In this document: positions 8,564-16,632 of the stretch, one piece after another
Layout of the letters: each line of letters begins with the position of its first letter
Position numbering within the stretch: position 1 is the first letter of the stretch
Assembly: GCA_964621095.1 (NCBI GenBank)
Contig: CAZULI010000002.1
Coordinates: 1-28,706 of the forward strand
Direction of reading: 5' to 3'
Origin: an uncultured Acidimicrobiaceae bacterium
GTDB taxonomy: Bacteria > Actinomycetota > Acidimicrobiia > Spongiisociales > UBA5794
Length of the DNA stretch: 28,706 nucleotides
Notes under the pieces: model-generated
Told to the model about the DNA's origin: nothing
Seen by the model: only the letters and a program-made list of their open reading frames with translations
Databases searched by the model: none
Made by a program: the position numbers and the translations under genes

Positions 8564-10021
8564 ATGGAACGCCACACGTTGACGCACCCCGATCTCGTCA
8601 CCTGGATCGGTGGCGTCCCAGAACTCAGCGCCATTGAGTCGGACGCTGCACTCTTCGATCCCAACACGTCGATCCCGCTCCAGGAGTTGAGATCGTCCTC
8701 TCCGGCACAGACCGACCGGGCCATTGCAGCAGCAGCGTTCGCCCATGAGGCGGGGGAGTGGCGACGGGGTGGCGCCGAGGCTCGCTCGGTGGCGCTGCAT
8801 GCGTTCGCCAAACGTCTTGACGAGATTGCTGACCGTGTTGCGGTGCTCGATGCGATCAACAGCGGGGTACCCATCTCGGTCACCCGCTTGTTTGCCGGAT
8901 CGATGGGGGGGACCGTGCGAGCCGCGGCCGACAGGGCAGTGTCGGTGGGGGACGTCGATACCCTTCCGGCGGACGGTCGCACGGTGCAGTTGCGCAAGGT
9001 GCCGTGGGGGCCGACAGCGTTGATCCTGCCGTGGAACGCTCCTTCCGCCATGGCCACCAAGAAACTCGCGTACTGCCTTGCTGCAGGCGCCACCGCGATC
9101 GTGAAACCATCCCCGATGTCACCGTGGAGCGCCCTCCTCATCGTGGAGGCGGCCCAGGACACCGGGCTCCCCCCAGGAGTGATCAATCTCGTCCTCGGTG
9201 GCCGCGAGGTCGGCGAACAGTTGGTCGGGGACCCTCGGATCCGCGCCATCGCCATGACCGGCTCGACCCCCACGGGGAGAGGGATTGCAGCGAGGGCCGC
9301 GGCCAATCTGACGAGAGTGCAGCTGGAGCTCGGGTCGAACAACGCGGCCATCGTGCGCGCTGATGCTGACCTCGGCGCCACGGCTGCCAGCCTTGCATCG
9401 GGTGCAATGAAACTCTCTGGTCAGTGGTGCGAAGCCCCCCGCCGAGTCCTCGTGGATCACACGATCCTTCCACAACTCGTTGACGCTCTGTGTGAGGCAC
9501 TGGCAGGGATGCGCCTCGGTTCGAGTCTGGAGGATGAGACCGAGATCGGTCCGGTGGCGTTTGAGGCCCGTCGTTCGGAACTGCGGTCACAACTCTCAGA
9601 ACTCGTCGCAGGGGGAGCACGGGCGATCGAAACGGGTACGCCACCGGACGCGGGTTGGTTCGTGTCACCGACGGTGGTTGTCGGTGAGGGCATGAACCCG
9701 GAGCAGGAACTCTTCGGGCCGATCATCACCGTGCAACCGACCCGGGGCGACGACGATGCGGTCGCCATGGGAAACCAGGGTCTTCATGGCCTCGCCGGGT
9801 ATGTCTACTCCGAGAACCTTGACGAGGCGATGGCGATCGGAGCCAAACTCGTGGCGGGCGAGGTGAAGGTGAACGGGTCAAGTGTGCTTGATCTCGCACC
9901 CGACGCCGTTCAGAGTTTCTTTGGGGGGAGTGGCATCGGCGGTCACGGTGATGCGGATCTCCTGGAGTTCTTCCGAGGTACCCAGGTGGTGGGTGTGGAG
10001 GCGCCGGGCCTGCCGATCTGA
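8564..10021 (+). CDS. NAD(P)-dependent aldehyde dehydrogenase (non-acylating ALDH superfamily)
   Basis: PWNAP, TGST, catalytic Glu in LELGSN, catalytic Cys in SGQWCEA, ELFGP; ATG 4 nt after the GS-like stop. Confidence 0.92.
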   Translation: MERHTLTHPDLVTWIGGVPELSAIESDAALFDPNTSIPLQELRSSSPAQTDRAIAAAAFAHEAGEWRRGGAEARSVALHAFAKRLDEIADRVAVLDAINSGVPISVTRLFAGSMGGTVRAAADRAVSVGDVDTLPADGRTVQLRKVPWGPTALILPWNAPSAMATKKLAYCLAAGATAIVKPSPMSPWSALLIVEAAQDTGLPPGVINLVLGGREVGEQLVGDPRIRAIAMTGSTPTGRGIAARAAANLTRVQLELGSNNAAIVRADADLGATAASLASGAMKLSGQWCEAPRRVLVDHTILPQLVDALCEALAGMRLGSSLEDETEIGPVAFEARRSELRSQLSELVAGGARAIETGTPPDAGWFVSPTVVVGEGMNPEQELFGPIITVQPTRGDDDAVAMGNQGLHGLAGYVYSENLDEAMAIGAKLVAGEVKVNGSSVLDLAPDAVQSFFGGSGIGGHGDADLLEFFRGTQVVGVEAPGLPI

Positions 10022-10039
10022 GGGTCGGTGTGCGCCCGG

Positions 10040-10079
10040 GTGTCCTGGTGCCACCGGTGGTTTCGGGCCACCAGGACAC
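10040..10079 (+). terminator. Inverted repeat after operon A (probable terminator)
   Basis: 11-bp perfect stem GTGTCCTGGTG (10040-10050) / CACCAGGACAC (10069-10079), about 20 nt after the ALDH stop and upstream of the next promoter. Confidence 0.6.
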
Positions 10080-10137
10080 GGGTTCAGGGCCGCGTTCATC
10101 GGGGGAGTGTGGAGGTCCAAGCAGCGTTCTGTGCCAG

Positions 10138-10172
10138 TTGCATCCCTTTTGTATGCCGTGTACTGTATACAA
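10138..10172 (+). promoter_or_regulatory. sigma70-type promoter of operon B with overlapping putative GntR operator 3
   Basis: TTGCAT (10138-10143)-N17-TACTGT (10161-10166). GCCGTGTACTGTATACAA (10155-10172) is 14/18 identical to operator 2, in the same register to the -10 box. Confidence 0.65.
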
Positions 10173-10199
10173 GATATCGGTGACAAGGAGGCAGGTGTC

Positions 10200-11144
10200 A
10201 TGTGTGGAATTGCTGGTCGCATCCTTGACAAGCCGGGGCCCGTGGGCGCAGATCTTGTCGAGCTGATGCAGGCCCAGCGGCATCGGGGGGCCGACTCCAC
10301 CGGGTTTGCGCTGTACGGCACACCGCTTGAGTCGGGGTACCGCGTCGGGATGTTCCTTGATGATCGGTCCCAGGCCCCGAACGTCATTGACCGGTTCGGG
10401 CAGATCATGAACCGCCATGGTGCTGACATCGTGGAGACGCCGACCCTCAACGACGCGGACACACGCCACGGCGCACTCCGGTTCACGGTGTCGGAACCCG
10501 ACAGCCCGATCGCCGATTGGACGGCTGAGTGCGACACGATCGGGGGTACTGAACTCCTCTCGGTTGGGCGCTCACTTGAGATCGTCAAGGACGACGGGGA
10601 TGCAGCACAGGTGGCGGATCGCCACGGTGTGCGTGATTTCGTGGGAACGCACGGGACAGGTCACGCCCGACTTGCCACGGAGTCGGTCGTCTCACCCATC
10701 GCAAGCCACCCGTTCTGGGCGAGGCCGTTCCCGGATGTGGCCATCGTGCACAACGGCCAACTCACCAACTACTTCCTGTGGAGGAGACGCCTCGAGCATC
10801 AGGGGTACCGCTTCAGCACCGAGAACGATTCCGAGCTGATCGCCGTGTGGCTCTCTGACCAGATGAATTCGGGGACAACGCTTGAGGAATCCCTTCGGGC
10901 AAGCATCACTGCGCTTGACGGTGTGTTCACGTTCCTTCTGTCAACGTTTGATCAGATCGGGATGGCAAAGGATCGTCTCGCCATCAAGCCCATCGTCGCC
11001 GTTGAGACCAACAGCGAGGCCGCAATGGCGACCGAGGAACAAGCGATCCGGCACTTGTACGGGGGTGAGGTCGAACCGATCAACTACGACGGTCCGGGGA
11101 TGGTCAAGGTATGGCCGGTCAGCACAGGAGTTGGGGTGTCATGA
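10200..11144 (+). CDS. mgsA: Class II (Ntn) glutamine amidotransferase, N-methylglutamate synthase subunit A / GlxB-like
   Basis: N-terminal MCGIAG (Cys1 nucleophile), GHARLATES, HPF, HNGQLTN, TENDSE; AAGGAG RBS; followed by GXGXG and FMN subunits. Confidence 0.85.
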   Translation: MCGIAGRILDKPGPVGADLVELMQAQRHRGADSTGFALYGTPLESGYRVGMFLDDRSQAPNVIDRFGQIMNRHGADIVETPTLNDADTRHGALRFTVSEPDSPIADWTAECDTIGGTELLSVGRSLEIVKDDGDAAQVADRHGVRDFVGTHGTGHARLATESVVSPIASHPFWARPFPDVAIVHNGQLTNYFLWRRRLEHQGYRFSTENDSELIAVWLSDQMNSGTTLEESLRASITALDGVFTFLLSTFDQIGMAKDRLAIKPIVAVETNSEAAMATEEQAIRHLYGGEVEPINYDGPGMVKVWPVSTGVGVS

Positions 11145-11836
11145 GTGAGATCTTGGAGATCGAAGTCGGAGATCGACCGCTACGAGAAGTCAACGCCGAG
11201 ATTCGCACGGCGGTGGAGGAGGGCCGGGACGTCGTGCTCCACGACACACGCTCCCGCCACAACCTCGCGGTCGGGCTTCCACCGGGTGGCTCGGTGACGA
11301 TCCCCGGTGGCGTTGGGTACTACTGCGGTGGGCTCAACACGGGATCACGTGTCGCCATCGGCCGGAACGCCGGTTGGGGGCTGGGCGAGGCGATGTCGGC
11401 AGGGGAGATCGTCGTGGATGGCTACGCCGGGTTGGGCGTTGGTGCATCGATGCTTGGTGGTCTTGTCCATGTGAAAGGGGACGCCGGACCGAGGGCTGGG
11501 GTCGCGATGAAGGGCGGGGACATCGTGGTGGAAGGGTCCGTGGGGTTTCTGAGCGGGTTCATGGCCCATGCAGGCCGCATCATCGTTCTTGGCGATACGG
11601 AGGACGCGGCCGGGGATTCGTTGTGGGGCGGATGCATGTGGGTGGCAGGAAACGTTCAGTCCCTCGGTGTGGACTCCAAGCTGGTCGATCCTGACGCTGA
11701 CGAGGTGGACTCCGTCGAGGCACTGTTGACCGGTCTCGGGGTTGGTGACAGCAGTCGCTCGTGGAAAAAGATCGTGTCCGGACAGAAGCTCTGGCATTTT
11801 GACGCAAGGGATGCACAAGCATGGCTGATGATTTGA
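11141..11836 (+). CDS. mgsB: GXGXG (GltB/FmdC beta-helix) protein, N-methylglutamate synthase subunit B / GlxC-like
   Basis: Repeating Gly motifs (GRNAGWGLGEAMSAG, GDAGPRAGVAMKGG); ATGA overlap with mgsA. Confidence 0.85.
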   Translation: MSEILEIEVGDRPLREVNAEIRTAVEEGRDVVLHDTRSRHNLAVGLPPGGSVTIPGGVGYYCGGLNTGSRVAIGRNAGWGLGEAMSAGEIVVDGYAGLGVGASMLGGLVHVKGDAGPRAGVAMKGGDIVVEGSVGFLSGFMAHAGRIIVLGDTEDAAGDSLWGGCMWVAGNVQSLGVDSKLVDPDADEVDSVEALLTGLGVGDSSRSWKKIVSGQKLWHFDARDAQAWLMI

Positions 11837-13218
11837 ACAACACCACAGAGAGTCCCGTGATGCTGGAGGACGGGTCGAGTTCCGATCGTCCGGTCGGAAG
11901 TGTCTCGTCGTACGACCGTGGCAAATCAAGCAAGTGGACCCCCGAGTCGATCTCTGAGATCCAGGCCACCGCACAACTGGGTCGGTACGCCATTCGAGGG
12001 TTCTCGACGTTCCACAAGAATCTCCCATCGTTGGATGATCTGACGTTTGTTCCTGCAACACTCACGAGACTCCCCCTTGAGGGGTATCGGGAGGATTGCG
12101 ATGCAACAACGGTGCTCGGTGATCGCCCGGGCCTTGTTGAAAAGCCGATCGAGCTCGCCATCCCCGTGTACATCGCTTCGATGTCGTTCGGGGCTCTGTC
12201 GGCCTCCGCCAAGGCGGCGCTTGGCAAGGGTGCCTCCAAGGTGGGCACCATGACGTGTACCGGTGAGGGTGGGATGCTTGCCGAAGAGCGTGAAGCATCC
12301 GAGACGCTGGTGTACCAGATGACACCGTCACGGTACGGGCTGGACCTCGATCACCTCCGGCGTGCCGACGCCATCGAGATCGCCGTTGGCCAGGGAGCCA
12401 AACCGGGGACCGGCGGCGTCCTCCTGGGGATGAAGGTCTCCGAGCGTGTGGCAAAGATGCGCACCCTCCCCATGGGTGTTGATCAGCGCTCCACGGTGCG
12501 TCACCCCGATTTTCTCGGAGCCGATGACCTCCAGGTGAAGATCGAGGAACTGCGTGAGGCGGTCAATTACAAGGTTCCGATCTTCATCAAGATGGGGGCG
12601 ACGCGTCCCCGCTACGACGTCGCCCTTGCAGCAAAAGCCGGCGCCGACGTCATCGTCCTCGACGGCATGGAGGGCGGAACCAACGCCGCCCCCGAGATTC
12701 TGCTCGACCACACCGGCGTGCCAACGATGGCGGCGATCCGGGCAGGCCGTGAAGCACTCGAGGACGCCGGACTCGCCGACGACGTCAAACTCGTTGCTGC
12801 CGGGGGGATCCGGTCCGGGATTGATGCTGCGAAGGCACTTGCGCTCGGTGCGGACGCCGTCATGATCGGAACCGCCGCGAACATCGCGCTCGGGTGCAAC
12901 GCGCCACGGTACGTGAAGGATTACGAAGCCATCGGAACATCCCCTGGTCAGTGTCACCACTGCCACACGGGTCTCTGCCCGGTCGGCATCCAGACCCAGG
13001 ATCCCGAACTCGAAAAGCGAATGGATGTCGACGCCGGCGCCGAGCGGGTTGCCCGGTTCCTCACGGCGATGACGATGGAGATCACCTTGATCGCCAAGGC
13101 CTGCGGCAAGTCGAGTGTCCACAACCTGGAGCCGGAGGACCTCAGGGCGTTGTCCCTTGAGGCATCGGCGTTCACGGGAGTGGCTCTGGCGGGGATCGAT
13201 CGTCCATACACGTGGTAG
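11821..13218 (+). CDS. mgsC: FMN-binding glutamate synthase family protein, N-methylglutamate synthase subunit C / GlxD-like
   Basis: MSFGALS, TGEGG, GQGAKPGTGG, DGMEGGT, AAGGIRSG, Fe-S cysteines CHHCHTGLCPVGIQTQDP. Confidence 0.88.
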   Translation: MADDLNNTTESPVMLEDGSSSDRPVGSVSSYDRGKSSKWTPESISEIQATAQLGRYAIRGFSTFHKNLPSLDDLTFVPATLTRLPLEGYREDCDATTVLGDRPGLVEKPIELAIPVYIASMSFGALSASAKAALGKGASKVGTMTCTGEGGMLAEEREASETLVYQMTPSRYGLDLDHLRRADAIEIAVGQGAKPGTGGVLLGMKVSERVAKMRTLPMGVDQRSTVRHPDFLGADDLQVKIEELREAVNYKVPIFIKMGATRPRYDVALAAKAGADVIVLDGMEGGTNAAPEILLDHTGVPTMAAIRAGREALEDAGLADDVKLVAAGGIRSGIDAAKALALGADAVMIGTAANIALGCNAPRYVKDYEAIGTSPGQCHHCHTGLCPVGIQTQDPELEKRMDVDAGAERVARFLTAMTMEITLIAKACGKSSVHNLEPEDLRALSLEASAFTGVALAGIDRPYTW

Positions 13219-13249
13219 CGGATCACAGGCAAATGAATGGAGGCCGTCC

Positions 13250-14539
13250 ATGACTGACAAACTTCTCCCCGGGACACACACGATCATTCTCGGCATTGGC
13301 GACCTGTGTGGAATCCTGCGAGGGAAGCATCTTCAGGCATCGATGTGGGAGAAGATCTCGGACCACGGCATCGCGATGGCGAGCGCCATCTTCGTCTTTG
13401 ACATGACGTGTGACATCTGGGACACCCCGTTCTCCAACATGGACAACGGGTACCCGGACCTGTTCGTCACCCCGATCCCGGGAACGCTGCGACCGGTGCC
13501 ATGGGCTGAGGGCACCATGCTCGCCTTCGGCGCTGCGACCCAGGAGAACGGCTCTCCCATACCGACCGATCCACGTCGTGCGCTCCAGAATGTGCTCGCA
13601 CGGTATGACGAGCTGGAGTATCAGGTCAAGGTCGGTGTGGAACTCGAGTTCTTCCTCCTTGACCCCGAGACCAAGGCACCCAGGGACACGGGTGTCCAGG
13701 TCTACGGCGTCGCCCGCGGTGCTCAGTTCGAACATGTCCTCGGGCCGATCCGAAACCAATGCACCGAGTTCGGTATCCCCATCGAGGTCTCCAACCCCGA
13801 GTACTCGAGCGGTCAGTTCGAGGTCAACATCCGTTACGGCGATGCGTTGACGTCGGTGGACAACGCGGTCCTGTTCCGTAGCGCGGTCAAACAAATCGCC
13901 GCCGAGCACGGACTTCTCGCCACGTTCATGGCCAAACCGTTCACCCACGAGTCAGGGAACGGGTTCCATATCCACCAGTCCCTCTGGCAGGGCGACCGAA
14001 ACGTCTTTGCCGATGGGCACCAGCTCTCTGAGCTCGGTCGGCACTACGTCGGAGGACTCCGCCAGCACATGGCGGAGTTCACGCTGTTCGGTGCCCCCAC
14101 CCCCAACAGTTTCAAGCGCCGCGCCCCCTACACGTTCTGTCCCATGAACAACTCCTGGGGAGGCGACAACCGGACCGTCGGTATACGGGCGGTGGAGGGG
14201 CGCCCGGATGCGGTCCGCGTCGAACAGCGTGACGCGAGCGCCGAAGCCAACCCGTATCTCGTGGTCGCAGGACAACTGGTCGCAGGACTGCATGGCATGG
14301 AGGAGAAGCTTGATCCGGGGCCACGAAACAACGGTGACGCCTACGCCGACACGGAGGCCCAACCGCTCCCGATGTCCATCCCGGAGGCGGTGACGGCGTT
14401 GCGTGGCTCCAAGCTTGCCGCAGAGGCGTTTGACCCTCAACTCATTGAGGTCCTGATCCAGATGGCTGAGCGGGAGGAGATGTTCCTGCGCACGAACGTC
14501 ACCGATTTTGAACGGGACCGATACTTGGAGGTGTATTGA
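13250..14539 (+). CDS. Second glutamine synthetase-like gamma-glutamylamide synthetase (GmaS-position gene)
   Basis: [53 protein letters not shown]; GGAGG RBS. Confidence 0.88.
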   Translation: MTDKLLPGTHTIILGIGDLCGILRGKHLQASMWEKISDHGIAMASAIFVFDMTCDIWDTPFSNMDNGYPDLFVTPIPGTLRPVPWAEGTMLAFGAATQENGSPIPTDPRRALQNVLARYDELEYQVKVGVELEFFLLDPETKAPRDTGVQVYGVARGAQFEHVLGPIRNQCTEFGIPIEVSNPEYSSGQFEVNIRYGDALTSVDNAVLFRSAVKQIAAEHGLLATFMAKPFTHESGNGFHIHQSLWQGDRNVFADGHQLSELGRHYVGGLRQHMAEFTLFGAPTPNSFKRRAPYTFCPMNNSWGGDNRTVGIRAVEGRPDAVRVEQRDASAEANPYLVVAGQLVAGLHGMEEKLDPGPRNNGDAYADTEAQPLPMSIPEAVTALRGSKLAAEAFDPQLIEVLIQMAEREEMFLRTNVTDFERDRYLEVY

Positions 14540-14838
14540 TGCGTATTGCTCGCGTGGTTGGCACGGCAACCGGGTCGGTCAAGGACCCACCGTTGACGGG
14601 CCAGACACTTCTCATCGTCGAGCCCGTGGATGCCCGTGGCGGGTCCATCGGGCCTCACGAGGTCGCCACCGACGCTGGAGTCGGCGCTGGGATCGGCGAC
14701 TGGGTTCTGATGGCGACGGGTTCGTCGGCGCGTCAACCCGGCTCGACACGGGGTGTGGCAACGGACGCTTCCGTTGTCCTCATTCTCGAGGAGCTCAAGT
14801 TGGGCGCCGAGACGACGTACCGCAGCGGTTTGCAATGA
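14539..14838 (+). CDS. BMC vertex pentamer protein (BMC-P, EutN/CcmL family)
   Basis: [15 protein letters not shown]...LLIVEP...[24 protein letters not shown]...DASVVLI is the EutN/CcmL pattern; TGATG coupling to the GS-like gene. Confidence 0.95.
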   Translation: MRIARVVGTATGSVKDPPLTGQTLLIVEPVDARGGSIGPHEVATDAGVGAGIGDWVLMATGSSARQPGSTRGVATDASVVLILEELKLGAETTYRSGLQ

Positions 14839-14912
14839 CCACACCAAAGAAAGCAACAAGACCCGCCGAGACGAAAAGTGATTCGATCCCGGCACAAGGA
14901 AAGGAAACGCGA

Positions 14913-15206
14913 ATGGCGGATCAGTCGAAAATGGCATTGGGCATGGTGGAAACGAAGGGGATGGCTGCAGCGACCGAAGCTGCGGACGCGATGCTCAAGG
15001 CCGCCAATGTGGAGCTCACCAGCTACGTGCAGGTTGGCGGAGGTCTCGTGACGGTGTTTATCCGGGGCGAGGTTGGTGCGGTCAAGGCGGCAACGGACGC
15101 AGGCGCCGTTGCGGCGAGCAAGATCGGTGATGTCCAGTCCGTCCACGTCATCGCCCGGCCCCATGACGAACTCCCGAACGTCATGTCCTACATCACCAGC
15201 GCCTGA
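14913..15206 (+). CDS. BMC shell hexamer (BMC-H, EutM/PduA/CcmK family)
   Basis: [22 protein letters not shown]...[23 protein letters not shown]...VHVIARPH. An alternative in-frame ATG at 14835 would add 26 aa. Confidence 0.96.
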   Translation: MADQSKMALGMVETKGMAAATEAADAMLKAANVELTSYVQVGGGLVTVFIRGEVGAVKAATDAGAVAASKIGDVQSVHVIARPHDELPNVMSYITSA

Positions 15207-15246
15207 GCACATGATCTCGTTCCGCCCACCCGTGGGAGGCGTCTGA

Positions 15247-16632
15247 GTGGACGCCGACCTGCGAAGCATCGCTCACGCCCGGGATTGTGCCGAACGCGCC
15301 AGCGTCGCGTTCGGTCAATTTCGTGGTGCCTCGCAGGAGGCCATTGACCGGATCGTTGAGGCAATGGCACGGGCAGCGGTCAGGGAGGCGGGGAGGCTTG
15401 GCGCCCTGGCAGCCGAAGAGACGGGGTACGGCAACGCCGAGGACAAGCGGATGAAGAACATCTACAACGCCCTGGGCGTTGCGGAGTGGCTTCGCAACGT
15501 GCGCACCGTCGGCGTGCTCTGGAAGGATGAGCGCACCAAGGTGATGGCGATCGGTGAGCCCATGGGGATCATCGCGGCGCTGATTCCGGTGACCAACCCG
15601 ACAGCGACGGTGATCTTCAAGGCGCTGAGTGCCGTCAAGGCAGGGAACGCGATCATCTGTGCCCCGCACCCGCGGGGTGTTCGCTCCGGGGTGGAGACGA
15701 CAGCGGTCCTTGCGGCTGCTGCCACCGAGGCGGGCGCGCCGCCCAACCTGGTTCAGTGTCTGAGCGAGGTCACCCTTGAAGCCACCTCCGAGTTGATGCG
15801 ACATCGCAAGACCTCGCTGGTGATGGCGACCGGTGGTGCTGACATGGTGCGGGCCGCGTACTCCTGTGGAAAGCCGACCCTCGCGGTTGGACCGGGGAAC
15901 GTGCCGGTGTACGTGGATGCGTCCAAACGTCACGAGCTTGAGGAGGTTGCCGAACAGATCCTCACCTCAAAGGCGTTCGACAACGGCACGGCGTGTGTGG
16001 CCGAACAAGCCGTGGTTGCCCACCGTGAGATCGCCCGTCCGCTTCGGGATGCGTTCAGAGCCAAAGGTGCGTATTTCTGCACCCCGTCCCAGGCCGAAGC
16101 CCTTGCCAAGGTGATGTTCAACGAACGAGGTGGACAGATCCCCACCCGAGTGGCGCAATCAGCCGCCAGGCTTGCCGAGTTGGCGGGGTTTGATGTGCCG
16201 ATGCGCACGCGGGTGCTCGTGGCTGACGCGTCAGAGGTGGGGAGAAACACTCCGCTCTCGCGGGAGAAACTCAACCCTGTGCTTGCGTTCTACGAGGTGG
16301 GATCGGTGGATGAGGGGTACCGCCTCTGTGAGGCGGTCCTGAACTTTGGTGGCCTCGGTCACAGTGCTGCGGTCCACACCGATGACGCCACGGTCAAGGC
16401 GCAGTTCTCCATGCTGCCGGTCGGCAGGCTGTTGATCAACACCCCGTGTGCGCTCGGTGGCATGGGGTACTCGACCGATCTCGAGCCAAGCTTCATGCTC
16501 GGTACCGGGACCTGGTCCGGATCGATTGTGTCTGACAACGTGACGGCGCTTCACTTGATCAACATCAAGCGGATCGCCGAAGAGACGCGGCCGTGGCGGA
16601 GTTTTGGTGAAATTGAAAGGACAATTCGATGA
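15247..16632 (+). CDS. CoA-acylating aldehyde dehydrogenase (EutE/PduP/AdhE-N family)
   Basis: PVTNPTAT, ATGGADMVRAAYSCGKP, VGPGNVP, catalytic SKAFDNGTACVAEQ, REKLNPVL, SFMLGTG; GGGAGG RBS. Confidence 0.93.
   Translation: MDADLRSIAHARDCAERASVAFGQFRGASQEAIDRIVEAMARAAVREAGRLGALAAEETGYGNAEDKRMKNIYNALGVAEWLRNVRTVGVLWKDERTKVMAIGEPMGIIAALIPVTNPTATVIFKALSAVKAGNAIICAPHPRGVRSGVETTAVLAAAATEAGAPPNLVQCLSEVTLEATSELMRHRKTSLVMATGGADMVRAAYSCGKPTLAVGPGNVPVYVDASKRHELEEVAEQILTSKAFDNGTACVAEQAVVAHREIARPLRDAFRAKGAYFCTPSQAEALAKVMFNERGGQIPTRVAQSAARLAELAGFDVPMRTRVLVADASEVGRNTPLSREKLNPVLAFYEVGSVDEGYRLCEAVLNFGGLGHSAAVHTDDATVKAQFSMLPVGRLLINTPCALGGMGYSTDLEPSFMLGTGTWSGSIVSDNVTALHLINIKRIAEETRPWRSFGEIERTIR

Noticed and set aside
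3242-9381. Long antisense ORFs (3242-4603, 5914-6771, 6257-7213, 7141-7875, 8395-9381)
   Set aside because: Mirror frames of conserved genes, expected at high GC3; no independent family motifs.
9882-10199. Upstream extension of mgsA in the ORF track
   Set aside because: Ntn amidotransferases need Cys at the mature N-terminus; RBS and promoter support ATG 10200 (MCGIAG).
13250-14539. Naming this gene gmaS or glnA
   Set aside because: Position suggests gmaS, but the sequence looks closer to PuuA/GlnA3-type ligases; left unnamed pending phylogeny.
15216-15240. Possible RBS-occluding hairpin (CCCAC/GTGGG) between BMC-H and AldDH
   Set aside because: Only a 5-bp stem with a 2-nt loop; expected by chance at this GC content.
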